Program-made: the position numbers and the translations under genes
The notes under the pieces: generated by a model
Databases searched by the model: none
The model's input: only the letters and a program-made list of their open reading frames with translations
Told to the model about the DNA's origin: nothing
Shown here: positions 43,148 through 54,278 of the stretch, piece by piece
Layout of the letters: every line of letters begins with the position of its first letter
Numbering within the stretch: the first letter of the stretch is position 1
Source of the DNA: an uncultured Chloroflexia bacterium
Lineage (GTDB): Bacteria; Chloroflexota; Limnocylindria; QHBO01
Reading direction: 5' to 3'
DNA: 64,000 nt
NCBI GenBank assembly: GCA_963814375.1
Contig: CAWFCQ010000008.1
Span: forward strand, 96,001 to 160,000

Positions 43148-44314
43148 ATGACTGACGAAGCGACCCAGCGCCTGGACGAGGGCCGGCGCCTCCTCGACTC
43201 GGGCGACCCCGAAGCGGCGCTGACGATCCTGGCGCCGCTGGCGGCTCACCCAGATCCCGAGCTCGCCGGTGAGGCGTGGCTGCTCACCGGAACCGCCCGC
43301 TACCGGATGGATGACGAGCCGGGCGCCAAAGCCGCCTGGCAGGCGGCGGCGGAGCGTGGAGGCAGCAGCGCCTGGCTCGGATGGCGCAGCGTCGCCGAGC
43401 AGCAGGTGCGTGATGGCGAGATCGAGGCCGCGATAGCCTCCTATCGCGAGGCTGATCGCCGGGCGCCGGCGGCCGAGCGGGGTGCGATCGCCAATCGCAT
43501 CGCCTGGCTCCTCAAGGAAACCGGCCATGACTTCGCCGCGCGGAGGCAGTTCAACCGAGCCCGCGGGGCATACGGCTCCCAGACTCCGATCGTCACCTAT
43601 GCCCTCATCTCGATGTGCGTCGTCCTCTTCGGCATCGACGTCATCCTCAGCCAGGGCGCGACGCTGGGTGGCGGCTTCTTCGGGGGTGTCGGCCCGATCG
43701 GTCAGCAGCACCTCATCAGCGCCGGGGCAGTCGCGGAGGGTGAGTGGTGGCGCATCTTCACCAGCGCCTTCATCCACCTGGGGCCGATTCACCTGGCCTT
43801 CAACATGTACGTGCTGTTTCTGTACGGCCCGCTCGTCGAGCGCATGTACGGGCACGTGGAGTTCGCCGCGATCTACCTGCTCTGCGCAGCGGGCGGCAGC
43901 GTGCTGACGATCCTCGTCGACCCTGCCCAGTCGGCGGCCGGAGCGTCGGGGGCCATCTTCGGCCTCATCGGCCTCCTCTTCGTCGTCTCTCGGCGGCATC
44001 ACACCGTCCTCGGACGGGAGGCTCGCAGCATGGTCGCCGGGATCGGCAGCTACCTGATGTTCCTGCTCGTCTTCACCTTCCTCGTCCCGGGCATCAGCTG
44101 GACCGGGCACGTCGGCGGCCTCGTGGTCGGTGCGACCCTCGGGTTCCTCCTGCCGCCCACCGGGGTTGCCACCATGGCCGGCATGTGGCGCACGCCCAGC
44201 GGCGAGCGGCTGATGGGCGCGATGCCGCGGCCGGTGCGCGCCGCGATCTACGCTGCGGTGGGCCTCCTGCTCGCGGTCGGGTCGTACGTGGCAATCGAGC
44301 GGCTGGTGGGGTAG
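43148..44314 (+). CDS. Rhomboid intramembrane protease with N-terminal TPR-like domain
   Basis: WWRIFTSAFIH, HLAFNM, GASG (Ser), GHVGG (His). Confidence 0.93.
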   Translation: MTDEATQRLDEGRRLLDSGDPEAALTILAPLAAHPDPELAGEAWLLTGTARYRMDDEPGAKAAWQAAAERGGSSAWLGWRSVAEQQVRDGEIEAAIASYREADRRAPAAERGAIANRIAWLLKETGHDFAARRQFNRARGAYGSQTPIVTYALISMCVVLFGIDVILSQGATLGGGFFGGVGPIGQQHLISAGAVAEGEWWRIFTSAFIHLGPIHLAFNMYVLFLYGPLVERMYGHVEFAAIYLLCAAGGSVLTILVDPAQSAAGASGAIFGLIGLLFVVSRRHHTVLGREARSMVAGIGSYLMFLLVFTFLVPGISWTGHVGGLVVGATLGFLLPPTGVATMAGMWRTPSGERLMGAMPRPVRAAIYAAVGLLLAVGSYVAIERLVG

Positions 44315-44319
44315 CGAAC

Positions 44320-44751
44320 GTGCGAGGATTGGCCGCGGCCGGATGTCTCCTCGTCGTCCTTGCGGGCTGCGCGACCGAGCCGCCGACGCCCAGCGGATCG
44401 GCTGTCTTCTTCCCCCGCCATGACTCGCCGCTCGGGACCGGCGAAGCGGCGCTGCTCGAGGGCAGGGCGAGATTCGCCGACGGCTGCCTCTGGGTAGTGA
44501 CCGAAGCGGGCGACCGGTTCCTGCTGCTGTGGCCCGCCGATACGGAGCTCGGGTTGCTCAACAGCCAGCCGGCGGTCTTCGGCCCTGACCGTGCGCTGCT
44601 GTACGAGGTAGGGGACATCGCCGACGATATCTACGGAATCGGCGGCAGCGAGACGACGCCGGAGATCGCCCAAGAGCTCGTCGGCGAGATCCCGGAGCCC
44701 TGCGCTCGCGACTCGTTCTGGGTGGTGTCGGAGGTTGTGGACGGACCCTGA
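44320..44751 (+). CDS. Hypothetical lipoprotein
   Basis: LAGC lipobox; ALLEG...DGCL...LLWP. Confidence 0.75.
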   Translation: MRGLAAAGCLLVVLAGCATEPPTPSGSAVFFPRHDSPLGTGEAALLEGRARFADGCLWVVTEAGDRFLLLWPADTELGLLNSQPAVFGPDRALLYEVGDIADDIYGIGGSETTPEIAQELVGEIPEPCARDSFWVVSEVVDGP

Positions 44752-44778
44752 GGCACGCGACGTGCGATCCTGACCGGC

Positions 44779-45549
44779 ATGTGCTTTGACACCGACGCCC
44801 GACCTCCGCTCCCCCCGATTCGCGGCGGGGCAATCGACGCCAGATCCGTGACGCTGACGAGCCGCGACGGGACCTCCGTCCCGGCTCATGCCGCCCGAGC
44901 CGAGAGGCCGAGCGGGGCGGGGATCGTCATCATCCCCGACGTCCGCGGGCTGCATCCGTACTACGAGGAGCTCACGATGCGCTTCGCCGAAGCCGGCGTC
45001 GACGCGGTGGGCATCGACCTCTACGCCCGCACGGCTGGCAGCGAGGTCCGCGCCGAAGGATTCGAGTACGAGCCGCACGTGACCCAGCTCGACACCGGGA
45101 CCGTGAACGACGACGTCGCCGCCGCGATCGACCATCTGCGCACGACAGAAGGGGGAGCGCCCGAGCGCCTCTACACCGTCGGGTTCTGCCTTGGTGGGCG
45201 TGTCAGCCTCCTCCAAGCAGCGTCCGGCCACGGGCTGGCGGGCGTCATCGGCTTCTATCCGTGGCCGGTCGGGCCGCACCGCAGCGGTCTGCCGGCCCCG
45301 GCGGACGAGGCACCCGCCTTCGGCTGCCCGGTGCTCACGCTGTACGGCGGGACGGATGCCGGCATCCCGGCCGAGACGCGTGAGGCGTTCGACCGCGCCC
45401 TCGACGCGGCGGGGGTGGAGCACCGCACCATCCTCTACGAGGATGCGCCCCACTCGTTCTTCGATCGCAAGGCGACCGACTTCGCCGATGCCAGCGCCGA
45501 CTCGTGGCGCCAGGTGCTCGACTTCATGAAGGTGGCGTCGACACCGTAG
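44779..45549 (+). CDS. Dienelactone hydrolase family protein
   Basis: GFCLGG nucleophile, G..D, APHSF. Confidence 0.93.
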   Translation: MCFDTDARPPLPPIRGGAIDARSVTLTSRDGTSVPAHAARAERPSGAGIVIIPDVRGLHPYYEELTMRFAEAGVDAVGIDLYARTAGSEVRAEGFEYEPHVTQLDTGTVNDDVAAAIDHLRTTEGGAPERLYTVGFCLGGRVSLLQAASGHGLAGVIGFYPWPVGPHRSGLPAPADEAPAFGCPVLTLYGGTDAGIPAETREAFDRALDAAGVEHRTILYEDAPHSFFDRKATDFADASADSWRQVLDFMKVASTP

Positions 45550-45565
45550 GCAGACGCCGGCCGGG

Positions 45566-46012
45566 TCAGCCTTCCGATCCCTCCAGCAGGGCGATCAGCG
45601 CCTCGGTCGCGGCGTCCACCTCGTCCGGTGGCGCCAGCTCGTCGATCAGCCGAGTCACGGTCGCGAAGCCCTCCTGCAGCGCGGCGGCACGCTCCGGGGC
45701 GAGGGCGTCAAGCGGGGCAGCGACTGACTCGACCGCCGCGCTGGCGCGCGCCACGGCCGCCTCCGCCGCCGCGTACTCAGGCTCGCTAACGATCGCGCCG
45801 TCGGGTGCTCCCTCCCGATACTCGATCGCGGCCACCTCGAGCAGCCCACCCGCATCGGTGAGCTCGGCCTGCACCGCCGCCGCCGCCGCGTCGAGGTCGG
45901 GCGGCCGCGTGCCGAAGATGACGTAGCCGGCGAGGAAGCCGACCAGCAGCGCGACCACGGCGAGCCCTGCGGCGAGCGGCCAGGGCGACCGACGCGGACG
46001 ATAGATCGCCAT
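45566..46012 (-). CDS. Membrane-anchored helical protein, last gene of the FTR1 operon
   Basis: N-terminal TM; IEYREG...EY..A motif; start overlaps the upstream stop. Confidence 0.75.
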   Translation of the reverse strand: MAIYRPRRSPWPLAAGLAVVALLVGFLAGYVIFGTRPPDLDAAAAAVQAELTDAGGLLEVAAIEYREGAPDGAIVSEPEYAAAEAAVARASAAVESVAAPLDALAPERAAALQEGFATVTRLIDELAPPDEVDAATEALIALLEGSEG

Positions 46013-48118
46013 CAGGCGGCGCCCAGCAGGACGGCGACGACGTCATCGTCCCCCATGGCGCACTCGGCCAGGACGGCGGACCGGACCTGTGCCGGATCCG
46101 AGATGAGGCCGAGGTCGACCAGCCGAGGCCCGCGCAGGACGCGCACGACGGGCGCCACCGCGATCGGGCCCAGTCGTCGCGATGCACCGTCGATCGCACT
46201 TGCCACCCGAAGCCCCAGCTCCGTCCCGGAGCCCGTCAGGATGGCCGCCTCGCCCTCGGCATCCACCGCGCCGCCGGCGTCCACGACGACGTAGCGCTGC
46301 CGCGCGCCATCCGACCCGGTGACGAAGAGGTGGTGTGGGCCGACGCGGACGAGGCGACGCGCGTCCGGTCCCAGGCGCTCGGTGGCGATGGCCGCAACCG
46401 CCGCATCGGCAAGCTCGACCGACGGCGCGCCGGGGATCGTCAGCGGGCCGTGCGCAGCGACACGCAGCAGCCGACGCTCGGGGTCGGTCTCGGACTCGAT
46501 CTGGAGCGTCTCGGGGTCGGCTCCGGCTTCGATCGCCGCCCGCTCCGCGGCTCGATGCAGCTCCAGGACCCCCGCCGCATCCTGGCTGGCGATCACCCGC
46601 TCGAGCTCGATGCGGACCAGCGAGAGAGCGTCGCCGACCGAGCTGATCACCTCGGCCTCGGCCGGGATCCGCCACGCCAGCCGCCGGCGACGCCCGACCT
46701 CGGGAATGAGCGCCCCCGCGCCGCCGCCGAGGCCGACGAGGTCCGGCTTGGCGAGGCGATGTTCGGCGAGCAGGTCGTCGACGATGGGGGTGACCTTCCC
46801 GGCCGCCGCCTCGAGCGCCTGGAGCGCGAGGCGCTCGCCCGGCTGACCCAGCAGCCGCCCCAGCGCGGCGAACGCTGCCCTTGCCGACGCCGGGTCGCCC
46901 GCCGCGTAGGCGCCGGCCGGGACGCCGTCGACCGCGTTTGCGGCACAGGTCAGGGTGATGGCGAATCGCTCGCCGCTCGGTGTCTCGAGCATCGCGTACT
47001 CGGCGGGGTCGCCCTCGCGGGGCGCGACGAGCCGCGCGACGGCGCCGTCGAGGCGGGCGGCATCGGTGAAGGTGGCGTAGGGAAGGCCGGCGATATGCGC
47101 CGACCGGGGACCGACGTCGGCGATTCGCGAGCGGCCCCAGCGTCGCTCGATGCGCAGCATGCTGCCGCCGCCGATCCCGGCGACACGGACGTCGAGGCTG
47201 CGCACGCAGGTCAGATGGTCGAGCACCCGGACGTAGGCGAGGACCGGTCGCCCGCCCTTGACGATGCTGACATTGGTGCTCGTCCCGCCCACTTCGACCA
47301 CGATCCCGTCGAGGAGCCCGGTGTGCCGCAGTGCGCCGGCGACCGATGCGGCCGGGCCGCTGAAGGCGGTGAGCAGCGGATGGCGCCGCATCGTGCGCAC
47401 GTCGGCCGCACCACCGTCGCCACGCATGACCAGCAGCGGCGCATCGGGTGCCACGCGACGCACCGAGGCGTCGACCACGTCGGCGGTTGCAAGGGCTCGG
47501 GGCAGGATGCCGGCATTGATCGCGGCGGTGACGGTGCGCATCTCGAGGCCGTACATGCCGGTCAGCTCGTGTCCGGCGCAGGCGGGGATCCCGAGCCGTG
47601 CGGCCACGGCGAGCGCCTCCGACTTCGATCGACGGGTCATCGACGCCGAACGCCTCGTTGACGGCCAGGGCCTCCGCGCCCGCGTCGATCAGCCGGCGGA
47701 TGGCGGCTTCCAGCGCGGCCTCATCGGTGCCGTCGGTGACATCGACCACGGCCGACACGGTCTCGAGCCGACGTCCCGGCGCGAGGGCGATCGAGCCGAT
47801 GGCGGTCCGCTTGCGCACGCGGCCGAGATCGGGCCGCCGACCGAGGCCGAGGATGCCCACCCGCGCCGTGTCGCCCTCGAGCAGCGCGTTGACCGCCTGG
47901 GTCGTCGAGTGGGCCACGCTCGAGATCGGCCCTCCGCCGATTGCGGCGACCTCGTCGGCGACGCGCTCGACCGCGGCCGCGACGCCGGCCGCGACGCCGT
48001 CCGGGTCAGCGTGGGTGGTCGGTACGACGGCGCGGGCGACGATCGCCAGCGTCGCGACGTCGCAGGCGACGGCCTTCGTGAACGTGCCGCCAACGTCGAC
48101 GCCGATCCTCACCGCCAT
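46012..48118 (-). CDS. Hydantoinase/oxoprolinase A-like ASKHA protein; frameshift near 47625
   Basis: IGVDVGGTFT, HSTT.AVNALLEG, RTVTAAINA, SGPAAS, EVGGTST, GGGS. Confidence 0.88.
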
Positions 48119-48123
48119 CGGCG

Positions 48124-49377
48124 TCAGCCCGGGGCGCCAGTCGGCTCGGGCGTGGAGGCTCGCGCGGCGCGACGGGGAACGATGACGAACAGCCAGATCG
48201 CGCCGGCGATGTAGACCGCGGCGAGAAGGAGCTGCGCGACGATCGTCTCAAGGGTCGGGTGCCAGCCGGTCAGATCGGCGAGGAAGATCGGCAGGCGTGG
48301 GAGCGACTCGAGGAAGGTGACGGGCAAGAGCGCCGCCTGCTGGAAGGCGCGCACCGTGTTCCCGGCGAACGCCACCGACATCACGATGAGCACGATGACG
48401 GCGACGCCGAGGAACAGCCGGACCGGGATGCGCCGCCCGGCCCGGAACACGGCCCACGCCACGACGCCCAGCGCCGCCGCAGCCACGGCGACGCCGAGCA
48501 GCACGAACGCCTCCAGCCCGCGGGAGAACCCGAAGAGAGCCTGGTAGAAGAGGGCTGTCTCGAGGCCCTCGCGGTAGACCGCCGTGAAGCCGACGCCGAA
48601 GAGAGCGACCATCGAGCCGGTGGCGGCCGCCGCCCACACCCTGGCCTTCACGAACTCCATCCAGCGCCGATGGTCGATCTTCGAGAGCAGCCAGAAGCTG
48701 ACATAGAAGAGGACCGCCACCGCCGCCAGCGCGGTCAGCGCCTCGAGCAGCTCGCGCTGTGCCGGCGCGATCTGGAAGACGGCGCCGATGAGAAAGTAGG
48801 TGGCCACGGTCGCGACGAGCGCCGCGGCGACGCCCATCAGCACGGGCCGTCGATAGGCACGGTTGCGGCTCGCTTCCAGGTAGGCGAGCACGGCTGCCAC
48901 GATGAGGACCGCCTCGATGCCCTCGCGGAAGAGGATGGTGAACGAGAAGAAGGTCGCGATGAGCGGTGCCGCGATTCCCGGCTCGGAGAGGGCGCGCTCG
49001 ACGTCGTCGAGGCCACGCTGGACCTCCGCCGCGGTGGCGCGGACCGTCGCGAGGGGGGCGCCGTCCTCGATCTGGTTGCGGAGGGCGGCAAAGTCCTCCT
49101 CGAGCGCCAGGGTGAGACCCTCGTCGCGGACGCGCAGCGGGATCTCGACGTACTCGAAGTGGTCGAGGTACGCGTTGCGCGCGGTCGTGTAGGCGGCCTC
49201 CGCATCCCCGGCGGCGTACTGCCGCACCGCCTCATCGACCATGAGGCGAGCCACGTCGAGCTCGGCCAGGGCCTCCTCGACGCTGACGTCGGCGGCGTGC
49301 GCCGGCGCCGGCATGCCCGCCGTCAGGGCCACTGCGGTGAGCAGCCCTCCGACGGCGAGCAGGGACCGAAGCCTCAC
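48124..49377 (-). CDS. FTR1-family iron permease with N-terminal extracytoplasmic helical domain
   Basis: Two RExxE motifs (FREGIE, YREGLE); signal peptide. Confidence 0.93.
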   Translation of the reverse strand: MRLRSLLAVGGLLTAVALTAGMPAPAHAADVSVEEALAELDVARLMVDEAVRQYAAGDAEAAYTTARNAYLDHFEYVEIPLRVRDEGLTLALEEDFAALRNQIEDGAPLATVRATAAEVQRGLDDVERALSEPGIAAPLIATFFSFTILFREGIEAVLIVAAVLAYLEASRNRAYRRPVLMGVAAALVATVATYFLIGAVFQIAPAQRELLEALTALAAVAVLFYVSFWLLSKIDHRRWMEFVKARVWAAAATGSMVALFGVGFTAVYREGLETALFYQALFGFSRGLEAFVLLGVAVAAAALGVVAWAVFRAGRRIPVRLFLGVAVIVLIVMSVAFAGNTVRAFQQAALLPVTFLESLPRLPIFLADLTGWHPTLETIVAQLLLAAVYIAGAIWLFVIVPRRAARASTPEPTGAPG

Positions 49378-50441
49378 TCGTGATCCTCTCCGTGCCCGAG
49401 TGCCACGAGCGCCTCGTCCAGCAGCCCGCGGGCCTGCTCGACCATCGCCTCGATCTCCGAGAGCGGGGCGTCCTCGAGGATCGCAGCGCGCAGGTCGGCG
49501 CCCAGGAGCGGCTCGAGCTCCTCGTTGATCTCCGGAGCCGCGGCGATCACATCGGCTTCGATCACTTCGTAGTTCTCGAGGTAGGCCTCCGCGGCGAGCT
49601 CGGCGGCCGCCTCGCGGTCACCCTCCTCGACCAGGACGAGGATCTCGTCCAGAAGCCGGTTGATCTCCTCGACCACGGCGACCGGGTCCGACTCGGTCAC
49701 CGCAAGGGCGCCGACGGTCTCCTCCAGCTCGTGGCCGATGAGGGCCGCGGCCGCGACGACATCCTCGACGGTGGCCAGGGTCGCGGGAGCGTTGGGGCTC
49801 GGCAGCGCGCTGGCAAGCACCTCGAACGCTTCCTCGATCTCCTCCGCCTCCTCGGCGGCGGCAGACTCGACCTCGCCCGCGATGGTGTCGTAGCGGGCTC
49901 GCGCCTCGAGCGTGAAGCCGTAGGCGTCCTGGAACTCGGCGAGGTTGACGAGCTCGCCGTCGATGACCGCCTCCTCGTACTCGTGGCCGACGGTGTTGAG
50001 GAGCGAGGCGATCACCGAGCCAATGTAGGCCGGATCATCGGCGAGGTCACCTGCAAACGCCGCCTCGGCGGTCGCGACCTCCTCGAAGGCCGTGTCGATC
50101 GCATCGGCCGCCCCATCCTCGCCTACGGCATCGCTCGCGGCCTGGAGGTCGGTCGCCAACGCGTCGACATCGGCCCCGGCCTCCTCGAGGTCGCCCCGCA
50201 CGACGTCGAGCAGCTCCGCCGCCGGGTGCCCGGTGTGCACCGCGGCGCCGTCGATGTCGCCCGCGGCCTCGAGCTCGGTGGCGACCCGCAGGTGCCCGCG
50301 CATCTGCGCCATGGCCGCCCCGATTGCCACGGTTTCGGCGTCGAGAGCGGCTCCCTGGGAAGGGGACGCGCCCGGTGACGCGCCACAGGCGGCAAGGGCA
50401 AGGCTGATGGCGGCGGCCGACACGGCACGGCGAACGAACAA
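49374..50441 (-). CDS. Acidic His/Glu-rich lipoprotein, putative iron-binding partner of FTR1
   Basis: LAAC lipobox; GHL, HTGHP..E, HEYEEA...EFQDAYGF, YLENYE..E; AGGGAG RBS before TTG 50441. Confidence 0.8.
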   Translation of the reverse strand: MFVRRAVSAAAISLALAACGASPGASPSQGAALDAETVAIGAAMAQMRGHLRVATELEAAGDIDGAAVHTGHPAAELLDVVRGDLEEAGADVDALATDLQAASDAVGEDGAADAIDTAFEEVATAEAAFAGDLADDPAYIGSVIASLLNTVGHEYEEAVIDGELVNLAEFQDAYGFTLEARARYDTIAGEVESAAAEEAEEIEEAFEVLASALPSPNAPATLATVEDVVAAAALIGHELEETVGALAVTESDPVAVVEEINRLLDEILVLVEEGDREAAAELAAEAYLENYEVIEADVIAAAPEINEELEPLLGADLRAAILEDAPLSEIEAMVEQARGLLDEALVALGHGEDHE

Positions 50442-50483
50442 TTCGGTCTCCCTGGATCTCGGATGGGGTGGCTGCAAACGCGA

Positions 50484-50503
50484 GTTAGGCTAGCCTAACC
50501 CCT
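50484..50503. promoter_or_regulatory. DtxR/IdeR-like iron box
   Basis: Perfect palindrome GTTAGGCTAGCCTAAC (50484-50499); 50485-50503 matches TTAGGTTAGCCTAACCTAA at 15 of 19 positions. Confidence 0.8.
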
Positions 50504-50651
50504 GAGGTTCGTCAACGCGAACTACCGACCGTCTAGTCGGAATTGGCCACCGCCTCGACCCGATACGTCTGCCACGGCTCCGGCAGGCCCTTCTGCCGCC
50601 TCGGGCGCATCGGTCTAGAATCAGCAGCCCCGCCCACCCCACGGAGTACCG

Positions 50652-51848
50652 ATGATCGACTTTTCGCTGACCGATGCGCAGCGGGAGGTGCAGCGCACCG
50701 CGCGCGCCTTCTCCGAGCGCGAGATCTTGCCGCGCATCCAGGAGCTCGACGCGAGCTCGACGTACGACCGCTCGCTGTACGAGAAGATGGGCGCCGAGGG
50801 TCTGCTGGGCCTTCCGATCCCCGAGAAGTACGGCGGCGCCGGGATGGACTACATCGCCTTCGCGCTGCTGTGCGAGGAGATGGAGCGCGCCGACACGGCG
50901 TTCCGCGTGATCCTCTCGGTGCACACCGGGCTGAACTCGCTGACGCTGCTCCAGTGGGGGAGCGAGGAGCAGAAGCAGAAGTACCTCGCTCCGCAGGCGC
51001 GCGGCGAGAAGCTCGCCACCTTCGGCCTCACGGAGCCGGGTGTTGGCTCCGACGCGGCGAACCTCGCGACCACGGCGCGGCGGGATGGCGACCGCTACAT
51101 CCTCAACGGCAGCAAGATCTGGATCAGCCTGGCCGATACGGCCGATCATTTCCTGGTCTTCGCCAACGTCGATCGTTCGCAGGGGCACAAGGGCATCACC
51201 GCCTTCATCGTCGAGCGGTCGTTCCCCGGCTTCAGCTCCGAGTCGCTGCACGGCAAGCTCGGCGTGCGCGCCGGCAACACCGGAATCCTGACCTTCTCCG
51301 ACTGCGAGGTCCCCGCCGCCAACCGGGTCGGCGAGGAGGGGGAGGGCTTCACGATCGCGATGAGCGCCATCGACCAGGGCCGCTACACCGTGGCCGCGGG
51401 AAGCGTCGGCCTGGCCCAGGCGTGCCTCGACGCATCGGTCAAGTACGCGCACGAGCGAAGGACGTTCGGCTCCGAGATCGGCGAGCACCAGCTGGTCAAG
51501 CAGATGATCTCGAAGATGGAGCAGGGCACCCAGGCCGGGCGACTGCTGGTGTGGAAGGCGGGCTGGATGAAGAACCGGGGAGAGCGCAACACGCGCGAGA
51601 CCTCGCTGGCGAAGTGGTTCTGCACCGACCACGCGGTCGCATCGGCCATGGACGCGATCCAGGTCCACGGCGCGTACGGCTACTCGAACGAGTACCCGGT
51701 CGAGCGCTACCTGCGCAACTCCAAGGGATCGGTCATCTACGAGGGCACCTCGCAGATCCACACCCTCATGCAGGCCGATTACGTCCTCGGCTACCGCAAG
51801 GACAAGCCGCTGCGGATGCCCCAGCTTCCCTACGAGGGCGAGATGTAG
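50652..51848 (+). CDS. Acyl-CoA dehydrogenase
   Basis: FGLTEPGVGSD, LNGSKIWIS, KLG.RA, QVHGAYGY, IYEGTSQI. Confidence 0.95.
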   Translation: MIDFSLTDAQREVQRTARAFSEREILPRIQELDASSTYDRSLYEKMGAEGLLGLPIPEKYGGAGMDYIAFALLCEEMERADTAFRVILSVHTGLNSLTLLQWGSEEQKQKYLAPQARGEKLATFGLTEPGVGSDAANLATTARRDGDRYILNGSKIWISLADTADHFLVFANVDRSQGHKGITAFIVERSFPGFSSESLHGKLGVRAGNTGILTFSDCEVPAANRVGEEGEGFTIAMSAIDQGRYTVAAGSVGLAQACLDASVKYAHERRTFGSEIGEHQLVKQMISKMEQGTQAGRLLVWKAGWMKNRGERNTRETSLAKWFCTDHAVASAMDAIQVHGAYGYSNEYPVERYLRNSKGSVIYEGTSQIHTLMQADYVLGYRKDKPLRMPQLPYEGEM

Positions 51849-51947
51849 GGGGGGGGGGTTCCGGGCGGAGGTTTTCGGCGGCCTGGGGCAACGGGCTGAG
51901 CGAGGGCTCCGCGTGCGTGCGCCTCCTGCGCTCGCTTCGCCCGGGGG

Positions 51948-54255
51948 TCAGCCGGGTCGGAGGAGCAATCGGTCGGTAGTGGCGGCGACGACCGCCGCGT
52001 GGCTCCACGGCATGGGCACACCCTCGCCGCGCTGCCACAGCTCGAACAGGTCGCCGTAGTGCGGCGAGAGGGGATTGCCCGACTGGCCACCGGCCAGGAC
52101 GAAGCGGCTGAGCTCCGGGTTGCCGAGATCGAACACCGTCCGATGATTGGCGATCGCCGCGGGGTTCGCGGTCGGGTCGAGAGGCAGGACTCCCGCCTGT
52201 GCCACGGTGTTCGTGTCGCCGCCGAGGGGGACCGGGCCGAGGTTGAGGCGATCGAATGGTCCTCGCGCGCCGATGGGATGGAGCAGGCGCAGCGGTCGCA
52301 CGCGTCCCCATGCCCACCCAGCCGGATCGTCACCGAACCGCGAGCGCAGAGTGGTCACGGTCGCGGCCAGCGCCGGCGCTATCAGATCGTGTCCATCTCC
52401 TGCGCGCAGGCGGCTCACGAGCTGGCTCACGATCCGCGCGCCGAACGACGTGCGCGGCACCGGCTCGCCGAATCCGCCACCGACGGCCCACCGCCAGCCC
52501 GACGGCGCGTCGGACCGGGCCATGGCGGCGGCCAGCTCGGTGATGAACAGCTCGTACACCGATGCCGCCGGGGAGCTCGCCGTGACGGCGCCGTCCCACG
52601 CGCGCAGGAGGTCGAGGGCCGGACGGACGGCCTGGTCACCGGGCATCGCCAGCACGAGGTCGCGGAGCTCGCCCCACGGCAACGAGGTGACATCGTTCTG
52701 GAGATCCATCGTGGCGGCGACGTCCCACTCATCCTTCGCCGCCAGGGCCTCGACGATCCGCGCCGCACGATAGCCATCGAGCCAGTCGACGCCGAGGAAC
52801 GGGAGGTCGGCCGAGTCGGAACGGGGAACGTTGTTGGCCGAGGTGATGAATCCCGCCTCGGGATCCAAGGCGTGCGGCAACGCCTCGAACGGCAGGTGCT
52901 CGTCCTCCCAGCCCGGGCCCCAGGCGGGTGCGGGCAGGACGCCGTTGCCGCTTCGGCGCTGCGGCAGGGTGCCGATGAGCTGCCAGCCGATATGACCGTC
53001 TCGATCGGCATAGACGACATTTAGCGCGGGACCGGGCCAGCCCCGGAAGGCATGGCGGAAGGTGTCGAAGTCGCGGGCGCGGTGGACGTCGAGGAAGCCT
53101 CGGACGGGCACCGGCTCGAGCCAGGTCGCCCGCAGGGAGAGCGCCGTGCCGACGCCGTCGAGCAGCCCGCTGACGATCGGACCGCGCGGGGTGACGAGCA
53201 CCTCCTCGTGGACCGATGCTCCGCCCCGCACCGCGATCTCCTCGTCGATGCGCTGGACGGGATCGAGACCCTTCGGGTCCACGCGCAGCATCGCCGGACG
53301 TGTCCAGCTCCTCCCAGAAGAGGTCCGCCGAGTCGCTGCAGCCGGCAGTGATGCCCCATGCGGCGTGACCGTTGAACCCGGTCGGGAAGGCCGGACCGCC
53401 AACGAACGAGGCGCCGCCGATCTCCCAGTCGGGGTGCGCAGATGGGCGAGATACCACGGTGGCGGCACCGCCGGGGCGAGGTGCGGGTCGTTGGCGAGGA
53501 TCGGGGCGCCGCTCGCGGTGCGGATGCCGGTGATGGCCCACGCGTTCGAGCCGCCAGACCCGCCGACCAGGTCGCGCAGTGCAGAGACGTCGGCCACAAG
53601 CCTCCCGAGCGCAGCTCCGGCGGTCGCGCCGACCGGCGTGACGACAGGAAGCCAATCGCCATAGGTGGGCTCGACCTTCGCCAGGGCATCGGGGCCGTCG
53701 GCGAGCAGGATCTGGAGGCGGGCGAGCTCGGTGTCCCAGTTGCCCGCCAGCGCCAGCGCCTGGAGCCCCAGAAAGGCGAGGACGTCCTCTACCACCCACG
53801 CGGCTTCGTGGCGATCGCAGGATCGCCAGCTCGTGGGGTCGCGCCACCGATCGGAAGGAGGCGTTGATGCCGGCCACGTAGGCCTCCACGGTCGCGGCGA
53901 CATCGGCATCCAGGAGCGGAAGCTGTGCATCGGCGACCCGGCGAAAGCCGAGGGTGCGGGAGAGCCGATCGATTGGCAGCGCGGCGCCTCCGACGAGCTC
54001 GGCGAGTGTTCCCCGGCCGGCGCGGGCGATGAGCTCGAGCTGGAACGCACGATCCTGGCCGTGGCAGAAGCCGAGGGCGAACCAGGCGTCGCCGTCCGTC
54101 GCCGCGGCGATGTGCGGGATTCCCCAGCGATCCCGGTTGATGACGACCTGCGCGCTGAGGCCGTCGAGGCGCACGAGCCCGCGGGTCTGCGGGAGGCGCC
54201 GGCCGAGGAGGCGCAGCAGCGATCGAAGGCCGGGGCGCTCGGGCATCGGCCGCAT
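51948..54255 (-). CDS. Penicillin acylase (S45 Ntn-hydrolase) family; frameshifts near 53815, 53435, 53270
   Basis: RD.WGIPHI, GF.HGQDR.FQ, GSNAW (nucleophile Ser), ANDPHL, SANN, GQSGNP.SPHY.D. Confidence 0.9.
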
Positions 54256-54278
54256 GATGCCACCGTATACTCGGGCGC

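Noticed and set aside
47600-47650. Programmed frameshift in the hydantoinase-like gene
   Set aside because: No slippery heptamer seen, and similar indels occur across unrelated genes.
51848-51858. Poly-G tract as a phase-variation switch
   Set aside because: It lies after a stop codon between convergent genes, so it cannot shift a frame or promoter spacing.
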